40,000 nucleotides of DNA from contig NZ_JBHZBH010000040.1 in assembly GCF_042754765.1 (NCBI RefSeq), positions 32,657-72,656 of the forward strand, written 5' to 3'. Position 1 is the first letter of the stretch, and each line of letters starts with the position of its first letter. The notes under the pieces were generated by a model. That model saw only the letters and a list, made by a program, of their open reading frames with translations. It was not told the DNA's origin and did not search any database. The stretch comes from Nonomuraea sp. NPDC059194 (lineage in GTDB: Bacteria; Actinomycetota; Actinomycetes; Streptosporangiales; Streptosporangiaceae). This document shows, piece after piece, positions 33,137 to 40,000 of the stretch. Both the position numbers and the translations under genes were made by a program.

Positions 33137-33594
33137 TGTGCTGGTGCGCCCAGCATGGGCGATCGCTTGGGGGTGGAAGTCCCCTGGAGGAAGAAGTGGT
33201 GCTGACACCGAGCCGGAGGCAAGAACGTCGTCGTGAGACCCTGCACTGAGGGACAGGAACCGCGTATGAGGCCGGATGGGTCTGGGTGAGCCTGCCGGCG
33301 ACGGTGAAGCCCTGTTCGGTGCCGAAACTGACGCAGAGGCTGCGACCTGGTCTTGTAGCTGGGGCTGACGGATTCTGGCGGTCAACCGGTGTGCGCGGCG
33401 GTCCGCCCACCGCTGGTGGAGTGGTCGGCGCCCGCGGTCTGATGGCGGCTGGAGGGCGTTAGTGCGCTGGTCGCCGGGCTGGCGAGAATGCTGCACACCT
33501 CTTCGCTGGCGCATTCCTGACTGGGCGGGTCATGCACAACTTGTCGGGTTGGCCTCCGCCCAGTCGGTACTGGAGTTGCGGTGTGCGGCCGTGG

Positions 33595-33915
33595 TCAGGT
33601 ACCCGGCGGGCGGAAGTCGACCGACTTCTTGGCGGCCTGGTCGACCTCCTCGACGGTCACCAGAACGCTCGTCTTGGATACCAGGGCTCCGCTGGCCCGG
33701 ACGGTCATCGCGATGGCGGCCATCGACATGCTGTCGGGCAGGTCAACGATGCAGTACAGGTCGTCTTCACCGTATGCGAAGTACATCGACTCGACTGTGC
33801 CGCCACACGACCTGACAACCTGCTCCACAGCGGCCTTGCGCCCACTGCCCCCCTCAGCGATCAGCCCCTTCGCGCCCTCCGCGGTGTACCTGGCCTGCAC
33901 CATGTACTTCGTCAT
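33595..33915 (-). CDS. GYD-domain protein
   Basis: 106 aa. MTKYMVQARYTAEGAKGLIAEGGSGRKAAVEQVV...YFAYGEDDLYCIVDLPD...AKKSVDFRPPG matches the GYD family pattern. Confidence 0.75.
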   Translation of the reverse strand: MTKYMVQARYTAEGAKGLIAEGGSGRKAAVEQVVRSCGGTVESMYFAYGEDDLYCIVDLPDSMSMAAIAMTVRASGALVSKTSVLVTVEEVDQAAKKSVDFRPPGT

Positions 33916-34170
33916 CCGACCCCCCGAAGCTCATACAGAGCGCGGACTGCCCCCACCCGACCACTATCGCACACGACACGTGATCGCCAATTTGATCCGC
34001 CATGAGGCCGCCGCAGGTCAGCCTGAGCTTTCGCGCCACGCCTGCCCACCCCTCGGCTTGGAGGCGGGGCTTCTCTTTGGCTCGCTCCAGGCGACCAGCC
34101 GCTACCCATCCCGGGTTCCGAGGTCCACATGCTGATCGGGTGCGAGTCCGTCTGACGACATAGCCGCGGC

Positions 34171-35233
34171 TCAGGTCCCGGGCTTCCTCATGGGCATCCA
34201 TCGCCAGGTGGCGGCGGCGGCGAGCGCGCAGACCGCCGCCGCCACCAGCACCGCGGCCTGGAAGCCCGTGACGAGGGACCGATCGTCCTCCACGATGACG
34301 GGCCCGTACGCCGCGATCCCGGCCGTGGTCGTGAGGGCAACCCCGAGCACGGCTCCGAGCTGCCGGGATTCGGTGGCCAGGCTCGCCGCGAAGGCCCGCC
34401 GCTCACCGGCGAGGGCGAGGAACGGCCCGGTGCCGGCCGGCGTGAACACCGCCGGGCGGGCCACCGTGAACACCAGCAGGCCCGGCAGGAGGACGAGCAC
34501 CCCGCCCACCGGGGCCAGGAGGCCGAGGGCCAGCAGGGCGGCGGTCGCCAGCACAAGACCGGGCAGGACCAGGCGGCGCGGCCCGCGCCGATCGGCCACC
34601 CGCCCGGCGGCCGGTGAGAGTAGCGGGGTGCCAAGGCCTGCCCGGCGAGCACGGCACCGGCGGCGAGGCTAGTGAGGCCGAGCCCGTGCTGCAGATACAG
34701 CGCGAGCGAGACGGTGACGCCGAGGACCGCGAACTGGATCGCGAACAGGGCGGCGAGCGAGGTCGCGAGCATCGGGTGACGGAGCAGGCCGATCTCGACG
34801 AGGGGGTGTGGCGTGCGCATCTCGTGGCGCACGAACAGGGCCAGCAGGAGCAGCCCGCCGACCGTGAGGACCAGCGCGAGAGCCCCGAGCTGGTCACCGC
34901 CGACCACTCCGGACACGAGCGTGCCCAGTCCGGCCAGCAGGAGGGCGACCGACTGCCACGCGATCGGCCGCGGAACCGGTTCCCGGGACGGGGTGATGTT
35001 GCGATAGCCAAGCATCAGCGCCAGCACCACGATGGCAGCGTGACCAGGAAGATCCAGCGGCGGTCAACAGCGACCAGAACGCCCGCAAGCAGCGGTCCGA
35101 GCGCAAGGAATGACGTGCCGCCCGTGGTGAGCACCCCGATCGCCCAGCCCCGTTGGTCGACCACCGACCCAGCTGGCCCTGCGGGCACCGAAGCCCAAGC
35201 CACGCCAGTCGCTTGGCGCAGAGCCGGCTGCAT
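34171..35233 (-). pseudogene. N-terminally truncated, frameshifted MFS (DHA2/EmrB-like) transporter remnant
   Basis: MFS-like sequence is spread over three reading frames. They are 35233-~35031 (..GPLLAGVLVAVDRRWIFLVTLP), ~35030-~34630 (AIVVLALMLGY...AGAVLAGQALAP) and ~34630-34171 (LLSPAAGRVADRRGPRRLVL...*). The first TM helices are missing because the neighbouring gene ends at 35270. Confidence 0.65.
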
Positions 35234-35269
35234 GTCTGGAGCGCGGCTTTCACCCGTGGCCCCCGGTGG

Positions 35270-36805
35270 TCACTCCAGCCGGCGTGTGATGTCCGTGCAG
35301 GAACCTCGCCCTACGGGCAGCCACAATGTCAAAGGCCGCGGAGGCCTCCCGCCGATCAGCCGGGACACCTCGCCCGGCACGTTCTCCAACAGCCTCCGCG
35401 GGCAGCGGCGGTAGTGCCTGGTCAGATCGGGGGGAAATCCTCGGAGATCGGCGGGCTGGGCGACCACGATCGCGGCGAATCGCCGTTCGGTCACCGCGCG
35501 GGCGATGCTGCGTTCGAGTTGTGCCCGGGCGGCGCGGTTCGTGCCGCGCAGGACGTCGGCGGCGGCGGCGCGGTGGGCCACGGGCGGGAGTCCGGCCAGC
35601 ACGCCCAGGCCCGGGTCGGAGAAGACCGCCACCGGCCCGTCGAAACCACCCAGCCACGCGCGGAGCCGGTCACCTGCGCGGTGGTCGGCGACGCCCGGGA
35701 CCACGCGGTCGACGGTGAAGGTGTTCACGGCCAGGACGGCGATCTGCGCCAGGACCAGCATGCCGGCCAGCGCCCCGCGTGCGCTCGGCGTCGAGCCGCC
35801 CATCCCGATGCCGGCGAGCAAGGCCACCGCCGCATAGGCCGGGAGCATGTTGTTGACCGTGCCGCCCGTATGCAGGAGGCCGGCATAACCTTCCACGGTC
35901 AGCGCGAGGCAGCTCAGGGCGATGAGCGGCGGCGTCCGCCGTACCGCGAGCAGGACGGCACCCAGCGAGATGCCGAGGGTGGGCAGCAGGTGCCGGGTCC
36001 AGAATCCCGTGTACGCGGCGTGCTCGACGGGGTGCTGGGTGAGGAGTTCGAAGACGTAGAACACGTACCAGCCGTGGCTGGTCAGTCCCCAGAGGAGCGT
36101 GGTCAGTCCCACCACCCCCGTGAACGTCGCCGCCAGCACCGCTCCCAGACGGCGCCGGGTGTCGAACAGCAGCGCCGCGGTGATCGCCCCCGCCTCGGCG
36201 AGTGCGCTCTGTTTGGTGAGGAAGGCGGCCGCGAGCAGCAGTCCGGCGGCCACCGCACCGCCCGGTCGGCGCATCCACCGAGCCACGTACAGCCCGGCGA
36301 GGCTGAGGAGAAGGAACAGCGAGTCCACTCGGGCGATGTCGAACCAGGAGGCGGCGGCGAAGTAGGTCGCGGCGTACAGGCCCGCCGTGGCCACTCCTGC
36401 GGCCAGGTCGCCGGTCTCGCGCTGGACCAGCCGGGCGAGGAGGAAGAAACAGCCGAGGGAGGCGATCAGCGAGACCAGCCGCAGTGGGAGATAGGAGACT
36501 CCCAGCATGCCGGCCAGGGCCGCCGAGGCGGCGAAGTACAGCGGGGGATAGGGGTCGGGCACGTAGTCAACCGTGGGGGCGGAGTACAGCGACTGGCCGG
36601 TGAGCAATCGTTCTACTTCGACCAGGGAGTTGGCCTCCAACCATTCCAGGGCGTACGGGTAGCCCATCCGGCTCACGGCGGTGGCGGCGAACACCGCGAT
36701 CGCGGTGAGCCCGGCGGCTGCGGCGAGCAAGACCGGAATCCGTGCCACGCCTGCCGGGCCGAGCCGTTGTCCACGACCACCGCACGGAAGCGCGCGACTA
36801 CTCAT
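35270..36805 (-). CDS. Polytopic membrane protein, GT-C-type glycosyltransferase-like (ArnT/PMT-like)
   Basis: 511 aa. About 11 hydrophobic segments are followed by a ~150-aa soluble C-terminal domain. An early loop is rich in acidic and aromatic residues (YALEWLEANSLVEVE..VDYVPDPYPPLY), as in GT-C enzymes. It is divergent from a GT2 gene. Confidence 0.55.
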   Translation of the reverse strand: MSSRALPCGGRGQRLGPAGVARIPVLLAAAAGLTAIAVFAATAVSRMGYPYALEWLEANSLVEVERLLTGQSLYSAPTVDYVPDPYPPLYFAASAALAGMLGVSYLPLRLVSLIASLGCFFLLARLVQRETGDLAAGVATAGLYAATYFAAASWFDIARVDSLFLLLSLAGLYVARWMRRPGGAVAAGLLLAAAFLTKQSALAEAGAITAALLFDTRRRLGAVLAATFTGVVGLTTLLWGLTSHGWYVFYVFELLTQHPVEHAAYTGFWTRHLLPTLGISLGAVLLAVRRTPPLIALSCLALTVEGYAGLLHTGGTVNNMLPAYAAVALLAGIGMGGSTPSARGALAGMLVLAQIAVLAVNTFTVDRVVPGVADHRAGDRLRAWLGGFDGPVAVFSDPGLGVLAGLPPVAHRAAAADVLRGTNRAARAQLERSIARAVTERRFAAIVVAQPADLRGFPPDLTRHYRRCPRRLLENVPGEVSRLIGGRPPRPLTLWLPVGRGSCTDITRRLE

Positions 36806-37064
36806 GGCCAGCTTCTGGCTTCGCTGGGAGAGGTGTCCTCGGCCACACCGGTCACGTTAGCGGCGAAGTCCCAGCGGCAGGGCCGACGCCGCTGCATGAC
36901 GCGGTCTCGGCACGGTCAAGGGCCGCGGTTTGCGCGCGATGGCCTCGCGCCTTCCCCCTCAACCCTCGGTCACCGTATGACCGCAGGCTTGAACTGGCCA
37001 TTTCTCGGAAAGCAGATGACCTTCCCATGAGAATCGGGCCGTCCCGCGGCTCTAGCGTCGAACT

Positions 37065-37718
37065 ATGACGATCGATGTGGTGCTGCCCTGCCTGGATGAG
37101 GCTGCGGCCCTGCCGTGGGTGCTCGGGCGGATGCCGGACGCCTTCCACCCGGTCGTGGTCGACAACGGCTCGACCGACGATTCCGCCCGGATCGCCGCCC
37201 GGCTCGGTGCGACGGTGGTGACCGAACCTCGGCTCGGGTTCGGCGCCGCCTGCCATGCCGGGCTGATGGCCGCGACCACGGACGTGGTCTGCTTCATGGA
37301 CGCCGACGCGTCGCTGGACCCCGAGCAGCTGCCGCTGGTGGCCGGGCCGGTCCTGGACGGCGAGGCGGAGCTGGTCCTCGGCCGGCGCGTTCTCCGCCCA
37401 GGGGCGTCGTGGCCGTTGCACGCCCGGCTCGGCAACGCTCTGCTGGCCAGGAGGCTGCGCCGCCGGACCGGCGCCGCCCTGCACGATCTCGGGCCGATGC
37501 GGGCGTGCCGGCGCGCCGACCTGCTGGCGTTGAGGCTGGTCGACCGGCGCTATGGGTACCCCTTGGAGATGGTCCTGCGCGCGGCTTCCGCAGGCTGGAG
37601 GATAGGCGAGGTCGAGGTGGACTATCTGCCCAGGATGGGCCGGCCGAAGGTGACCGGCACGCTGCGGTCCATCGGCGACATGCGCCGGGTCATGGCCGGC
37701 CGCGAGAACAGGGTATGA
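37065..37718 (+). CDS. Family-2 glycosyltransferase (polyprenol-phosphate sugar synthase-like)
   Basis: 217 aa. It has the GT-A N-terminus (IDVVLPCLDEA..VVVDNGSTDDS) and the DxD motif (MDADAS). Confidence 0.85.
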   Translation: MTIDVVLPCLDEAAALPWVLGRMPDAFHPVVVDNGSTDDSARIAARLGATVVTEPRLGFGAACHAGLMAATTDVVCFMDADASLDPEQLPLVAGPVLDGEAELVLGRRVLRPGASWPLHARLGNALLARRLRRRTGAALHDLGPMRACRRADLLALRLVDRRYGYPLEMVLRAASAGWRIGEVEVDYLPRMGRPKVTGTLRSIGDMRRVMAGRENRV

Positions 37719-38401
37719 GCGAGCCCGCGGACCACCTGTCCCCTCGCGTGCGGGGAGGGCCACCCGAGGCCCAGATCGTCGTGATGGCGAAGGAGCCGGT
37801 ACCCGGGATGGTCAAGACCCGGCTGACCCCGCCATTCACCCCGCGCGAGGCCGCGGCACTGGCAGCCGCCGCGCTGGAGGACACGCTGCGAACCGTGGCC
37901 CGCGTACCGGCCACGCGCCATGTGCTCGTACTCGACGGCGCCCCTGGCGCCTGGCTCCCCGAGGGCTTCACGGTGCTGCCGCAGCGCGGCCTCGGGCTGG
38001 ATCAGCGGCTCGCGGCGGCCTTCGACGACGCCCACCGGCTCCTGCCCGTACCGATCGTGCTCATCGGCATGGACACACCGCAGGTCACGCCGGACCTGCT
38101 GGCCACCGCCCGCTCCCTGCTGGGCCCCCACGACGCGGTGTTCGGCCCGGCGGCGGACGGCGGGTTCTGGCTGCTCGGCCTGCGCGTCCCCGACCCGGCG
38201 TTGCTGCTCGGCGTCCCGATGTCGGAGCCGACCACCGGTGAAGTCCAGTTGCGGAGGCTCAGAGAGGCCGGGTTGAGCGTCGCCTCGATGCCATGCCTGA
38301 TCGATGTGGACACCGCGGCGGACGTGTTCGCCGTGGCGGCTCTCGCTCCATGGTCGTCCTTCGCCGCCACGCTCGTCAGGACGAGGACGCCGCATGGATA
38401 G
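37715..38401 (+). CDS. DUF2064 (TIGR04282-like) nucleotidyltransferase-fold protein
   Basis: Start at ATG 37715, overlapping the GT2 stop (ATGA). It has MAKEPVPGMVKTRLTPPFTPREAAALAAAALEDTL, ..IGMDTPQ.. and GPAADGGFWLLGL, which are the hallmark motifs of DUF2064 as I recall them. Confidence 0.7.
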   Translation: MSEPADHLSPRVRGGPPEAQIVVMAKEPVPGMVKTRLTPPFTPREAAALAAAALEDTLRTVARVPATRHVLVLDGAPGAWLPEGFTVLPQRGLGLDQRLAAAFDDAHRLLPVPIVLIGMDTPQVTPDLLATARSLLGPHDAVFGPAADGGFWLLGLRVPDPALLLGVPMSEPTTGEVQLRRLREAGLSVASMPCLIDVDTAADVFAVAALAPWSSFAATLVRTRTPHG

Positions 38402-38508
38402 CAAGGCTCAACGGGGATCGAGCACGCCGGCCGCCCTTCGACGCCGCTCGCAGCCTCCAGCCGGCCGCGGGTGACGAGGCCCGGTGGATGCCGGCCGGCT
38501 CGCGGCGC

Positions 38509-39492
38509 CTACGCGCAGGGGAAGCTCTCCGCCGCGGCGTTGGCGCTGCTGCGATATTCGACGAAGCGGCGGCGTATCTCCTCGACGGCCGCCGACAGAG
38601 GGAAGATGTCGCGGGTGACGAGCTGGTCGAGATGGTCGGCGCCGACGGGATGCCAATAGACGCCGTCGTCGGTCACGGTCACTTCGGGGATGAGGCTGTC
38701 GACGGTGAGCGCGACTCCTTCGACGGCGGACCCGCGTTGCGCCACGGGCCGTACGACCCGGTCCTGCAGGGGGATGCCCAGAGCGTCGAGGAAGGTGTGG
38801 AAGGCGTCGGCGTCGCTGTCTTCGCCAGGTGCGATCGTGGCGGCCACCCGGACGCGGAAACCCTCGTCGAGCGCGATGCGGATACCCGCGATCGCGCGGT
38901 TCCAGCTCCCTTGGCCGCGATGCCGGTCGTGCCGGTCCGGAGCGGGGGAGTCGAGGCTGATCTGCAGCGTCAGCCGATCCCGTGGCATGCTGCGCAGCAG
39001 GTCGAGCCGGCGGCCGCGGAACAGCATGCCGTTGGTCAGCAGGGTGGTCGGGAACCGGTCGGTGCAGGCTCGCACGATCTGGTCCAGGTCGGGCAGCAGG
39101 AACGGCTCCCCGCCGGTGAGAAAGACCTCGCCGACCTCGGTGAGCTCTGCGGCCTCGGCGATGATCCGGCGTACCCGGTCCAGGCCGAGCGCGCGGCGCG
39201 GGGTCCGCGGTGAGGACCGCGCACAGCAGTAGTCACAGGCCAGGTTGCAGTCGAAGTTGGTGTAGAGCCACAGACGCGCGCCCGGACGCCGATCGTGAGG
39301 GAGGTCCTCGACGGGGTCGCGCGCGCGGCCTCGCCGTACCACCGCGGTGTCGGGACCGATCGCGACGAGCTCGTTGCCGGTCCGCTCGCACCAGCGCCGG
39401 ACCAGATCGGCGTCGCCGGGCGCGAGGGGAACCTCGACGGTCGCCCCGATCGGCAGGGCGCCGACGCGTTCGACCAGGTCGAGGATCACCAT
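38509..39492 (-). CDS. Radical SAM protein with a short N-terminal TusA/SirA-like segment
   Basis: Start at internal ATG 39492 (MVILDLVERV..). The radical-SAM cluster motif is CNLACDYCC, and a GGEP SAM-binding motif is present (LTGGEPFLL). The first ~55 aa (IGATVEVPLAPGDADLVRRWCERTGNELVAIG) resemble the C-terminal two-thirds of TusA but lack the CPxP cysteine; that call is tentative. There is no Cys-rich SPASM tail. Confidence 0.7.
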   Translation of the reverse strand: MVILDLVERVGALPIGATVEVPLAPGDADLVRRWCERTGNELVAIGPDTAVVRRGRARDPVEDLPHDRRPGARLWLYTNFDCNLACDYCCARSSPRTPRRALGLDRVRRIIAEAAELTEVGEVFLTGGEPFLLPDLDQIVRACTDRFPTTLLTNGMLFRGRRLDLLRSMPRDRLTLQISLDSPAPDRHDRHRGQGSWNRAIAGIRIALDEGFRVRVAATIAPGEDSDADAFHTFLDALGIPLQDRVVRPVAQRGSAVEGVALTVDSLIPEVTVTDDGVYWHPVGADHLDQLVTRDIFPLSAAVEEIRRRFVEYRSSANAAAESFPCA

Positions 39493-40000
39493 CGCGACGG
39501 GATCTGCTGTCTGTCCACCGCCTCGAACAGCGAGGCGTAACCGTCCAGTTGGGGCCGGACCCACCGGCGCAGTCCTTCCATCTCCAGGATCCGCCGATGG
39601 TCGGGATTGTTCCAGTCCATCTTCAGCAGGTGCTCCACCCACGGCTCGGTGCGTTCCGCCGGGAGCAGGGTGGTGAAGTTGCAGTGGCAGTACGGCTCGG
39701 AGCGCCACACCTCCTCCAGCGCACCCGGCATGAGCTCGTCCCTGCCGATCGCCTCCCAGGAGTTGATGCCGATCGCGGCGGCGTCGGCCTGGTCGGCGAG
39801 CACCGCCCGGATGGCGTCCAGCTCGCTGCGCCCGGTGTCGCCGTGCTTGCCCAGGTCGCTGTCGATCCGCAGGAACTCCACGTCGGTGACACCCGCCAGG
39901 GTGAGGAAGTGCACGGGCAGGATGGCGGCATGGGCGGAGTCGCACGAGCCCAGCGCGATCCGGCGCTGGTGCAGGGCGTCCAGGCCGCGCATGCCGCTGC
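39486..40000 (-). CDS. PhnD/SsuA-like periplasmic-binding-fold protein, partial (5' end beyond the window)
   Basis: The frame appears to stay open from the track's first ATG (39992) to the window edge. The sequence (..DSDLGKHGDTGRSELDAIRAVLADQADAAAIG..W..EPYCHCNFT..) resembles the phosphonate/phosphite-binding PhnD family. Its stop overlaps the radical-SAM start (ATGGTGA). Confidence 0.4.
   Translation of the reverse strand, partial: SGMRGLDALHQRRIALGSCDSAHAAILPVHFLTLAGVTDVEFLRIDSDLGKHGDTGRSELDAIRAVLADQADAAAIGINSWEAIGRDELMPGALEEVWRSEPYCHCNFTTLLPAERTEPWVEHLLKMDWNNPDHRRILEMEGLRRWVRPQLDGYASLFEAVDRQQIPSRW

Noticed and set aside
33137-33594. The non-coding gap after the MFS terminator. I inspected all six frames for transposase or integrase remnants, tRNA-like structure, att-like repeats or riboswitch-like motifs.
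   Set aside because: I could recognise no family motif, terminal inverted repeat or conserved RNA signature by eye. It is left as unexplained sequence (see the decay finding) rather than called as a feature.
137-37030. Very long ORFs on the opposite strand or in alternative frames of recognised genes. Examples: 137..1894(-), 3229..5322(-), 7310..8950(+), 21104..22450(-), 27544..29502(-), 31621..33246(-), 35153..37030(+).
   Set aside because: Their translations are Arg/Pro/Gly/Ala-rich low-complexity strings with no recognisable motifs. They fully overlap genes that have clear family signatures. Long stop-free shadow frames like these are expected in ~70% GC DNA.
36806-37064. The 259-bp divergent region between the GT-C and GT2 genes, checked for a riboswitch or small ORF. 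It contains a 7-bp stem CAGCGGC/GCCGCTG near 36872-36894 (coordinates counted by eye, approximate).
   Set aside because: It resembles no riboswitch class I know, and the stem is short and GC-driven. Promoters for both genes must lie here, but I cannot place them.
1-40000. A search of the whole window for CRISPR arrays, rRNA or tRNA genes, IS elements, integrases, toxin-antitoxin pairs or recognisable phage-defence genes.
   Set aside because: No spaced direct repeats, no transposase or integrase-like translations, and no nuclease or ATPase defence-type architectures were seen. The only tandem repeats are short in-frame coding repeats (6286-6345 and 10557-10601).

Overview
This is a high-GC, actinomycete-type chromosomal window, densely coding, with about 43 supportable genes. 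I saw no rRNA, tRNA, CRISPR array or intact mobile element. Family calls rest on motifs I recognise in the supplied translations; no database search was run.

Gene content, left to right:
- 1-6104: a hydantoinase followed by a Liv-type ABC importer that includes a fused permease-ATPase.
- 6106-20324: a 14-kb block of six transcription units. They leave three divergent intergenic regions, and each region carries a 15-bp palindrome, ACGACA-N3-TGTCGT. The block encodes two heme-oxygenase paralogs, one of them translationally coupled to a NuoF-like flavoprotein and a small ferredoxin. It also encodes a DUF1838 protein plus an Opp/Dpp-type ABC importer, and a VIT1/CCC1 iron transporter co-transcribed with a DUF3598-like barrel, an acyl-CoA synthetase and a bicupin with a His/Asp-repeat tail. 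A membrane-anchored neocarzinostatin-fold protein and a TetR regulator complete it.
- 20528-33099: an aldehyde dehydrogenase and MarR, then a roughly 10.5-kb co-directional ring-oxidation and ring-cleavage cluster. It contains a cupin, a PDR-type reductase, a small ORF, a Rieske oxygenase, an extradiol dioxygenase, a NadX-like dehydrogenase, a hydrolase, two SDRs, a ThDP enzyme, a dienelactone hydrolase and an MFS transporter.
- 33100-35269: a decayed stretch with a roughly 0.5-kb non-coding gap, a GYD-domain gene and a truncated, frameshifted MFS pseudogene.
- 35270-40000: a GT-C membrane protein divergent from GT2 + DUF2064, arranged like Rv0541c/Rv0539/Rv0540. Convergent to these are a radical-SAM gene and a partial PhnD-like gene.

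The most interesting candidate is the palindrome-linked block. I interpret it, by inference only, as a TetR-controlled heme uptake, heme degradation and iron-handling regulon with a dedicated electron-supply chain for heme oxygenase.
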